Assembly (NCBI GenBank): GCA_951406725.2
Contig: OX597815.1
Coordinates: 28,644,001 to 28,708,000, forward strand
Direction: 5' to 3'
DNA: 64,000 nucleotides
Source: Octopus vulgaris
Lineage: Eukaryota
Numbering within the stretch: position 1 is the stretch's first letter; each line of letters starts with the position of its first letter. Below, piece after piece: positions 54,153 through 64,000 of the stretch. A program made the position numbers and the translations under genes. Under the pieces are notes generated by a model. That model did no database searches and was not told where the DNA came from. It worked only from the letters and a program-made list of their open reading frames with translations.

Positions 54153-54361
54153 CTCTTTCACTTGTTTCAGTCATTTGACTGTGGCCATGCTGGAGCACCG
54201 CCTTAAGTCGATCAAATCGACCCAAGGACTTATTCTTTGTAAGCCTAGTACTTATTCTATCGGTCTCTTTTGCCGAACCGCTAAGTGACGGGGACGTAAA
54301 CACACCGGCATCAGTTGTCAAGCAATGCTGGGGGGACAAACACAGACACACAAACACACAC

Positions 54362-54457
<96 letters not shown>

Positions 54458-54608
54458 GACGCGCTTCTTTCAGTTTCCGTCTACCAAATCCAATCACAAG
54501 GCCTTCGACGAGGCTATAGTAGAAGACACTTGCCCAAGGTGCTACGCAGTGGGACTGAACCCGGAACCATGTGGTTGGTAGACAAGCTACTTAACACACA
54601 GCCACCCC
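54153..54608 (-). mobile_element. Family-B SINE; partial or older copies at 13544-13697, 24262-24492, 31495-31660 and 44583-44925 (+)
   Basis: Full-length match with an expanded internal microsatellite. Confidence 0.88.
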
Positions 54609-54993
54609 TAGATGCTTGCTCAACTTGTTAGAAATAGCTGTTAAATTTTCGAATCACACCCGCCCATCTTAGAAAAAAAGAACATGTTGGATAATAGGAT
54701 TTTTGATTTTCTGTGGATAGGAAAAACAGGTTGGTCACAGCTGGAATGCCTTTGATCTTAGATCTACTTGAAAAAGGCTAACTCGGCGCTAAATAACAAC
54801 AGCAATAGCAACAGCTGACTTACCATATATTCTTTTGATCATGGCTGACCTGGGCTGCGCAACAACAGCAACCCCCAACTCTAACTACCACCACCACCGC
54901 CACCACCATCACACATAATGTATTACTGACATCTCTTCCTTTGCTATTACGAGCATCATTAATTTAGACATAAAACCTGTTCGTCAATAATAT

Positions 54994-55794
54994 TTATTTC
55001 TTTATTGCCCACAGGGAGCTAAACATAGAGGGGACAAACAAGGACAGATAAAGGGTTTCAGTCGATTACATCGACCCAAGTGCGTATCTGGTACATAATT
55101 TACCGGCCCCGAAAGGATGAAAGGCAAAGTCGACCTCGGCGGAATTTGAACTCAGGGCGTAAAGACAGACGAAATACCGATTTCTTTACTACCCACAAGG
55201 GGCTAAACGCAGAGAGGACAAACAAGGACAGACAAATGGATTAAGTCGATTACATCGACCCAAGTGCGTTACTGGTACTTATTTAATCGACCCCGAAAGG
55301 ATGAAAGGCAAAGTCAACCTCGGCGGAATTTGAACGATTCTGCCAGCTCACCGCCCTACCTCTTCGTCAATAATGTTATCTAATTCTTTATTGCACACAA
55401 GGGGCTAAACATAGAGGGGATAAACAAGGACAGACAAATGGATTAAGTCGATTACATCGACCCAAGTGCGTAACTGGTACTTATTTAATCGACCCCGAAA
55501 GGATGAAAGGCAAAGTTAACCTCGGCGGAATTTGAACTCAGAGCGTAGCAGCAGACGAAATACCTATTTCTTTATTACCCACAAGGGGCTAAACACAGAG
55601 GGGACAAACAAGGATAGACATAGGTATTAAGTCGATTACATCGACCCCAGTGCGTAACTGGTACTTGATTTATCGACCCCGAAAGGATGAAAGGCAAAGT
55701 CGACCTCGGCGGAATTTGAGCTCACAACGTAACGCAGACGAAATACTGCTAAGCATTTCGCCCGACGCGCTAACGATTCCGCCAGCTCGCCGCC
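54994..55794 (-). mobile_element. Two adjacent family-A SINE dimers (54994-55355 and 55385-55794)
   Basis: Four core units. The first dimer is flanked by acct(g/c)ttcgtcaataat. Confidence 0.88.
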
Positions 55795-55802
55795 TTAACA
55801 CA

Positions 55803-55839
55803 CTACAGTGCTCCGCTCTACCAACTGAGCTATCGCGAG
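55803..55839 (-). pseudogene. tRNA-Tyr(GTA) 5' exon only (pseudogene fragment)
   Basis: Minus strand reads CTCGCGA TA GCTC AGTTGGTA GAGC G GAGCA CT GTA G, i.e. positions 1-37 with an intact D arm and GTA anticodon. It is followed by 8 nt and then a SINE head. No 3' half found. Confidence 0.7.
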
Positions 55840-55912
55840 ACCTCCGCAGAACTCACTTCACCATCACCACTACCACCACGCATCACGACCAATATCTCAC
55901 AACAACAACAAC

Positions 55913-56022
<110 letters not shown>

Positions 56023-57339
56023 CAGCAGCAGCAGCAGTAGTTGTTGTTGTATTAATAGTAGAAAAAAGGTATTCAATTGAAATTCTATATATCGGTAATT
56101 CAAAAAGTCTAATCAAAGGCTGCCAAGATTGAATATCTTAACATCTGAAATAGCTCGACCAGGAACACTTTACAGCTATAATAACGCTTTCTCTAGGTGG
56201 GAAATGTTTCTTCAGTCACTGGTGTAAAGTAATCAAACTTTTAAGCTTGCCGAGAAAAATATATTCATAAAAGTAAATTTTTCAATTTTGGTTTGAGAGG
56301 AGGAAGCAAAGAGAGAGAGAGAAACAAAATTGTAGCTTGGATGGAATAAACCATTTTACCTTCGAATAAAAGTGAAGTTAATTACGTATCGATCATATTG
56401 AAGGAGTATTCGAGAGGAGGCAATTAGTTCTACGAAGTCCTGACCTTCTGGTTTTGGATCATACGCAAATAAAACAAGGGGGAAGTAACTGAGAAATAAT
56501 TACGTTTGCTAATCGGAAACGTATTTACGTCAGTTGGATAGTGTGTCTCTGTAAGGGCTTATTAGTAATTCGCTCACAGCACTTCCAATGAAACGGGGGT
56601 AACGGAACGAAACGGTGAGGGTTAGTGGGTTGAGAAATAAAAAAAAAAAAGAAAAGAAGGAGGAGAGGAGGTTTAGAAGAAATAGATAAATATGTCTGTG
56701 TACGTGATGTAGTATGTGTGTATATGTATGTACTTGTGCGTGCATATATATATCTGGTGGTGTATATGCTCTGTGAGTGGCAGTTCGAGTTGACGATAAT
56801 ATTGTTGAAATGTCGCCGTTGGCAAGTGTGTTAATATATTTAAAATTAAGGTCACTAAGCGGTCAGTTGGCGCTTAATCAGATTCGCTCGCCTTGTTTGT
56901 TTCTTGTTCTTATTCTGTCTTCATCCTTCCTTCCTTCCTTCCTTCCTTCTTCCCTTCTTTTCCACATTCTTCAACTTATTATTTTCAATTCTAAACATAT
57001 ATTGGCGGCGCCTTTTGAAGACGTAAAGCAGAGTGAGCAGCAAAATGTCGTTTGATGCAGTCGAATAAACTGTCTCTCTTCTCTACGCTGCGTACGCCGT
57101 CTGCATGAGTCATCATCGCTCTAATTTTGATCGTTTCAAACCGAACTTCGTACCGGCATTTACTGCATGAAGCAACTCTTTAATTGCTCTTCTTCCATTC
57201 CAGTAAGAAAATAGCAGGGGCGAACTTTTTAATTTAGATCCTGTGAGTTAAATCAGAAAAAGTTTCCGATAAACAGATTTATACTCCCGAAAGTAATGAC
57301 GTTGATAACGATGTATATCACGAAAATGATGATGAAGAT

Positions 57340-58010
57340 TATTATTGTTGCTGTTGTTATTGTTGTTGTTGTTATTGTTGTTGTTGTTGTTGTTCTTCTT
57401 CTTCTTCTTCTTCTTCTTCTCCTTCTCCTTCTTCTTCTTCTTCTCCTTCTCCTTCTCCTTCTTCTTCTTCTTCTTCTCCTCCTTCTTCGTCTTCTTCGTC
57501 TTCTTCGTCTTCTTCTTCTTCTTCTTCTTCTTCTTCTTCTTCTTCTTCTTCGTCTTCTTCGTCTTCTTCGTCTTCTTCTTCTTCTTCTTCTTCTTCTTCT
57601 TCTTCGTCTTCTTCGTCTTCTTCTTCTTCTTCTTCTTCTTCTTCTTCTTCTTCTTCTTCTTCGTCTTCTTCTTCGTCTTCGTCTTCTTCGTCTTCTTCTT
57701 CGTCTTCGTCTTCTTCGTCTTCGTCTTCGTCTTCGTCTTCTTCTTCTCCTTCTTCTTCTTCTTCTTCTCCTTCTTCTTCTTCTTCATCTTCTTCTTCTCC
57801 TTCTTCTTCTTCTTCTTCTTCTCCTTCTTCTCCTTCTTCTTCTCTTTCTTCTTCTTCTTCGTCTTCTTCTTTTTCTTCTTCTTCTTCTTCTTCTTCTTCT
57901 TCTTCTTCTTCTTCTTCTTCTTCTTCTTCTTCTTCTCCTTCTCCTTCTTCTTCTTCTTCTTCTTCTTCTTCTTCTTCTTCTTCTTCTTCTTCTTCTTCTC
58001 CTTCTTCTCC

Positions 58011-58072
<62 letters not shown>

Positions 58073-58130
58073 GCTGTTGTTGTCGTTGTCATTGTCGTCA
58101 TCTTCATCATCATTATCATTATCATCATCA
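57340..58130. repeat. (GTT)n-(CTT/CGT/CCT)n-(ATT)n-(CAT)n compound trinucleotide tract
   Basis: Directly visible. The ~620-bp CTT-type core is almost purely polypyrimidine. Confidence 0.97.
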
Positions 58131-58537
58131 TTTCTTACATTGGTATGGACTCAGAATACATTTTTAGCGGAGGCAACCAGAAAGGTATAAGAGCTAGAAG
58201 AAAAAAATATTATTCAGTCACAAAACAGACTCGTTGTAAAAATATTTACGATGGTAACTTCACCGAAATATTAAAATTTGATAGTTAAACGGCTTAAAAA
58301 CCAACTAACATGAGTATGGTTAAAATTAAAGCTGAATTGAAGTATCTGACATGAAATTTTCCATTTACAAATGGATTTATGAAAGAAATTAATGAAAAAT
58401 ACAAAGAATAATACTGTGCGTCGCTCTATGGCACTTAATGTTGGAGTAACTGAGTGTTTCGATTTGTATAAATATGGTAATATTTTAAATAGATATAAGC
58501 ATCATATATCTAGAATATCAATATTCTGGATGTATAA

Positions 58538-59055
58538 GGCAGCGAGCAGTGAGCAGGCAGAATCGTTAGCACGTCGAGCGAAATGCTTAGCGGTATTTCG
58601 TCTGTCGCTACGTTCTGAGTTCAAATTCCGCCGAGGTCGACTTTGCCTTTCATCCTTTCGGGGTCGATTAAATAAGTACCAGTTACGCACTGGGGTCGAT
58701 ATAATCGACTTAATCCTTTTGTCTGTCCTTGTTTGTCCTCTCTGTGTTTAGCTCCTTGTGGGTAATAAAGAAATAGGTATTTTGTCTGCCGCTACGCTCT
58801 GAGTTCAAATTCTGCCGAGGTCGACTTTGCCTTTCATCCTTTCGGGGTCGATAAATTAAGTACTAGTTACGCACTGGGGTTGATGTAATCGATTTAATCC
58901 GGTTGTCTGTCCTTGTATGTCCCCTCTATGTTTAGCCCCTTGTGGGCAATAAAGAAATAATTAGAGGTATTTCGCACGTCACTACGTTTTGCATTCAAAT
59001 TCCGCCGAGGTCGACTTTGCCTGTCATCCTTTCGGAGTCGATAAAATAAGTACCA
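58538..59055 (+). mobile_element. Family-A SINE trimer
   Basis: One head unit plus two headless units starting at ggtattt. Confidence 0.85.
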
Positions 59056-59471
59056 AAGAAATGTTGGCGGAAATGTTGATCATTCCCAAGTAAATCGATC
59101 CTTCTTCCCTAATACGCTTTCTGGGTCCGTTGTTAGAATGGAAAATCTTCCGTTTGATCGCCGGTTCTATAGCCAGCACCTGATGAGGATAGATGGAAAA
59201 TTTTACTTTGCCAGTACACTAACATCAGCAACATACATGCGTCGGGCCACAATAGCTTAATGCCTTCCTTAGTTATTTAGATTGGTAAAGATAAGTATCT
59301 ATTTAGAGTGATAAATGGATTTAAGCACCGAGTGTTTAGTATGATAATACTCTGATCAAGATAATATATTTTTTGTCTTTTTCAGCGAGTTTTTTGTAAA
59401 TTCCTTTACACATGGAATATTTCTAGTTGTCCCAAGAGTTAGATTTCATTGTTAATCCGGTGTGTGTGTGT

Positions 59472-59534
<63 letters not shown>

Positions 59535-59535
<1 letters not shown>

Positions 59536-59722
59536 AATCTCTTGTTGCCCACCGTGGGACCTTTCTTTCCTCTCTCTTCCTTCTTTATGTTTCCGACGAA
59601 GAGCTCCGCTCGAAACGTCATACCTTCCTGCTTCCATCTTTCCTGAGCGCCTATTAATAATAATACTGTAATTGTTCCACGTGTTGTTGTTTTTTCTGTT
59701 TTCCCGTTTGGATTAAAATTAT
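59535..59722 (+). mobile_element. Short Penelope-like terminal-repeat element with hammerhead-like motif (59589-59623); related copies at 30902-31040 (-), 33130-33236 (partial) and 59820-59960
   Basis: Shared block tgagcg..aataa..ttgttccacgt..gttgttg..tttt ending in (TA)n. Motif CCGACGA-a-gagc/gctc-GAAA-cg-TC. Confidence 0.6.
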
Positions 59723-60054
59723 ATATATATATATATATGCGAGTGTATGTATATGTATATGTACTATATGCAAATGTATATATACACAGATACACGCGCA
59801 CGCACACGCATATAACACGTAAAATATCTGACATAGAGCCATGCTCGAAACGTTATACACCCACTCTTTCCTCTATCTTATACTGAGCGTTGACCTAATA
59901 CATTGTGTGACGTCCTATTCACTTTTGTTGTTTCGTTATTTTTAATTTTTGATTTGCCTATATATATATAAATAATATATATGTGTGTGTGTGTTTGTAT
60001 ATATGTATATTTCATATATGAATGTGTATGTTATATATACATATATATATAATG

Positions 60055-60373
60055 TATATAAATTAGAGAAAACCCACTATTATGTAATTCAAACAATGGT
60101 AGACATAAACCATATCATATAGAAAAATAAAATATATTATAAAACATATAGCTAGATCACAAAAGTACAAAAAATGAATAAACATATCTCTATGAGATAT
60201 TTAGAAATTTAATATTTCTGATTATATAAGTATTATATAATAAGTATTCATTTTTTTGTACTTTTTGTGATCTAGTTATATGTTTTATAATATATTTTAT
60301 TTTTTCTTTATGATTTGGTTTATGTCTATCATTGTTTGAATTACATAATAGTGGTTCTTCTCTAATTTATATA
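60055..60373. mobile_element. AT-rich foldback element with ~125-bp inverted arms
   Basis: 60055-60180 is the near-perfect reverse complement of 60245-60373. Flanked by TA. Confidence 0.75.
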
Positions 60374-60387
60374 TATTATATATTTAT

Positions 60388-60466
60388 ATTGTGAAATTTG
60401 ATTTAATACTAAATTGAATTTTTCCCTGTAAGTTTGGAGTTATACTCCCTAATACTATTGTTATCG

Positions 60467-60548
<82 letters not shown>

Positions 60549-61211
60549 TGTATTTATATATATATATATTAAAAATTGAGGATAAAATCTACCAGCAACG
60601 CAGGACGTTTCCACCATCGACGCCTTTCTCTGCTGTCGCCATCACCATGGTCGTCATTCAACTTCACGTCGTCTCCATCTCCGTCGCCTTCATCTCCAGC
60701 AACACCAATACGTACACAGCACTCGATCAGGTTTAGCTTTCTCGCTGTTGTGATACTCACCAAGGTTAACAACACTACCTGCAAGATTCCTGTATCAAGT
60801 AACCCGGCACGGCATAATAACCACAAATTCTGCCCGTGTAGTAACCGGACTGCTTCGTGACCTCAACCTCTTGTACAGGACTACAACTATTGTGTAACCT
60901 TACTACGAACTGGTATTTATCTCCATCTTCTCTGAAATATCATGAGAGATTCTTTTCTTATACTCTGTATTCTGTCTCACATGCATACAACTTGCTTGTA
61001 CTTATGTTATAACACAAACACTTGTTGCACGCACTTATGTTCACTCTTACAACGGACACACAGACACACATGCGCACGCACCCAGACACGACACTCTGCT
61101 AGCACCCATACACACTCTTATTGTACACATCTGTAAATAAAATCTTTAAATCGCCTACATGCTAGCCGTACTTAATTTTTAAAATATATTTATAATATAT
61201 CATTTCACTCA
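60388..61211 (+). mobile_element. Unclassified LTR-like or terminal-repeat element
   Basis: GC-richer block with an internal AATAAA (about 61136) and tgtgaaat...atttcactca ends. No TSD. Confidence 0.25.
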
Positions 61212-61483
61212 AACCAAAATTATTCACTGCTGAATTATATGGTTATTAACACGTTATCGAAATAAACGAAACCAGATTTTTGAATTTTTATTCTGTGTAT
61301 AAGTACGTACAGCGTATTTACGGTGTGTAGCTGTTTCTATTCCATGGGAATGTATTTTGTTCGTGTTTATTACACTGATGATAGAAAAAGAGATTACCCC
61401 CTTAATCTTGAAATCAATTGACATGTAATTGAACCGTTTCATGAATCTGTTTCGTTTATTTGGTAGTATTTAGACATTGGCAT

Positions 61484-61898
61484 TGTAGCGGCACAAGCCG
61501 TCAGCGCCATATTCGATGAGATCTCGCGGCAGCCATTGCCATCTCCGAGACTGGAGCGAGGCCTCACTTGCATCCATTTGCCATGCGCGAGATCACAACG
61601 AGGCTCGCGATGGCAAACTGCATATAAGGGCAAAACAGAAACAGATTCAGCCTTTTCCTTTCTGCCTCTTAGCAGCAGCGCTTGCTGACCTCACTCCATT
61701 GATTGGGCCTGTCTGTATGTTGTGCCTCCAGAGGCAATGTGCCCGCACTAACGGAGCTACTACACAACGCACACAGCTAAAGATGGTTGCTGAGAGCAGC
61801 ACACTTCACCATTCCTGTGAACCCTGTAAATAAACCAGTTGTAAATTGCATTTGTACTTGAAGTGTTCTCTCTTCGCCTGCCGAAAGCCTGAACTACA
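61484..61898 (+). mobile_element. Probable solo LTR of an LTR retrotransposon
   Basis: TGTAG...CTACA inverted termini, TATAA at about 61623, AATAAA at 61829. No TSD visible. Confidence 0.6.
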
Positions 61899-61995
61899 TG
61901 AAGAACAAAAAGAGATAATGGAGGAAGGCGATATTCTCCCGATATCGTAAACCTTGCTTTCCATTATAGCGTCTTCTTCTAGCATGTAGGCGACT

Positions 61996-62026
<31 letters not shown>

Positions 62027-62462
62027 CCCATTGGATGAGGCAGACACTAACTAAAAAGTTCCTGGTAGCTAGTTGCTCCTCTCTATTTTGAGCCGTGTAG
62101 AGTAGGTTGTTGATAACTGTAGAGAGTAACTGTAACGAAAAATTGGCTTAACTAACGTTACAATAAAGAAAATAACGGCTACGTATTTATATCTACTGCC
62201 CAGATGTTAAAATCATAATGATGTCCGTGGGGCAGCTGATGATGGAGGTATGTTGGATTGTTGGTATGGCTGTGGAATAATATTATAACACATCCATTTG
62301 TGCTCCAAATGAGAAGTTGATAGACAGCCAACATCTGATGAAGGGTCGTTCTTTATGTTACTTGTCCTGTTTTCCTTTTTTCTCTCTCTTTGTTTGCATA
62401 TTTAACTTGTTTGTTATTGTACTTCATGTTGTTTACAGTTGGTGATGTCCTGTACCCACATA

Positions 62463-62532
<70 letters not shown>

Positions 62533-62542
62533 TGTATGTATG

Positions 62543-62593
<51 letters not shown>

Positions 62594-62614
62594 ATATATA
62601 TATATATATGTATG

Positions 62615-62659
<45 letters not shown>

Positions 62660-63239
62660 TGTATATATATATACATGATAGATCGCTAGCCACTACACAT
62701 TCTTTATTTTCTCTGTATTCCTTTCTGTGGAAGAGCGTAGGCTCGAAACGTTAAAAACTTTTTCACTTCCAGAGCGTTATACTAATACATCTGTTTGTTG
62801 TCTCCACCACCTTTCTTCGTCTTTCGGGGGGTTTTTTTGTGAATTCTCCCTATATATATACATATATATACTACAAAGCGTTCACGTAGAACAGACACAG
62901 AAGGACCCTAATTCTTCATCAGTTATCGACCAAAAATGCTAATATTCAGTTTCGTGTCGCTAACGATATGACTTCGTATATCGGCGGCGCCCGCAGAATT
63001 TGCGGAGAATTAGGACTCGAGCAAACAAGACAATACAGGGTGGACGTACGAAAGTAAACAAATGTAATTTGAAACGATAGATGAAGACGGAATACAGCCT
63101 TTCGGCCAAACATGAGAGTGATGGGTAACGCTTAGAAGGAATCCTCAATGCATATTAAAAGAGAAATAGCAAGAAAGAAGAAAATGTTAACCGGCAGGCT
63201 AAGCGTCCGATGGCTATATATATATTACATATTATTGAG

Positions 63240-63655
63240 GGCGACGAGCTGGCAGAATCGCTAGCACGCCGGGCGAAATGCATAGTGGTATTTCGTTTGC
63301 CGTTACGTTCTGAGTTCAAATTCCGCCGAGGTCGATTTTGCTTTTCATCCTTTCGGGGTCGATAAATTAAGTACCAGTTACACACTGGGGTCGATGTAAT
63401 CGACTTAATACCTATGTCTGTCCTTGTTTGTCCCTTCTGTGTTTAGCCTCTTGTGAGTAATAAAGAAATAGAAATAGGTATTTCGTCTGCCGTTACGTTC
63501 TAAGTTCAAATTCCGCCGAGGTCGATTTTGCCTTTCATCCTTTCGGGGTCGATAAATTAAGTACCAGTTACACACTGGGGTCGATGTAATCGACTTAATC
63601 CTTTTGACTGTCCTTGTTTGTCCCTTCTATGTTTAGCTCTCTGTGGGAAATAAAA
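63240..63655 (+). mobile_element. Family-A SINE dimer
   Basis: Same junction gaaataggtatttcgtc at about 63471-63487. Confidence 0.88.
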
Positions 63656-63758
63656 TAGATATATATTATGTGTGTGTGTATGTGTGTATTTCATACAGGT
63701 ATGTGTATATGTGCGTGTGTGTGTGTATATATATAGATAGATAGCTAGATAGCTATAA

Positions 63759-63789
<31 letters not shown>

Positions 63790-64000
63790 TGTATGTATGT
63801 ATGTATGTATGTATGTATGTACGTATGTATGTATGTATGTATGTATGTATGTATGTTTGTATATATGTATGTATGTATGTACGTGTGTATGTATGTATGT
63901 ATGTATGTATGTATGTATGTATGTATGTATGTATGTATGTATGTATGTATGTATGCATGTATGTATATCTCACATCCATAATATAAACATACGTATGTGT

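Noticed and set aside
54994-55794. Regularly spaced repeats resembling a CRISPR array
   Set aside because: Tandem SINE units with no unique spacers, in a eukaryotic context with no cas genes.
57248-58288. 330-aa poly-Leu, poly-Phe and poly-Lys ORFs; also poly-Ser/Tyr at 31770-32395
   Set aside because: Trinucleotide microsatellites that are stop-free by composition.

Overview
AT-rich, repeat-saturated eukaryotic genomic DNA. The tRNA-derived SINE families and the (TATG)n/(TA)n microsatellite load are most consistent with an octopus (coleoid cephalopod) genome. Nearly all ORFs in the supplied track are microsatellite or SINE artefacts. Real coding content was recovered by splice-phase reconstruction. 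(1) The 3' part of an unidentified + strand multi-exon gene: six phase-compatible exons at 1949-11619, with a coiled-coil-like start and one hydrophobic segment. (2) A convergent - strand two-coding-exon gene for an 88-aa protein with a signal peptide, a Lys-rich amphipathic body and C-terminal KKEL. It has two candidate non-coding first exons, one with a UPRE-type TGACGTGG just upstream. (3) A disrupted, truncated SLC25A51 (mitochondrial NAD+ carrier) copy inside an intron of gene 1. The rest is a transposon landscape: several SINE families (including fixed-junction dimers), mariner, a Kolobok/THAP relic, piggyBac-like and Merlin-like MITEs, non-autonomous Helitrons, CR1, RTE and Penelope relics, and a solo LTR. 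The most notable non-coding signal is a set of about nine minimal hammerhead-ribozyme-like motifs in Penelope-type terminal repeats, including a U3-A8 covariant core. There is also a tRNA-Tyr 5' exon fused to a SINE dimer and a CpG-depletion boundary near 20.6 kb. All calls were made by eye, without database searches.
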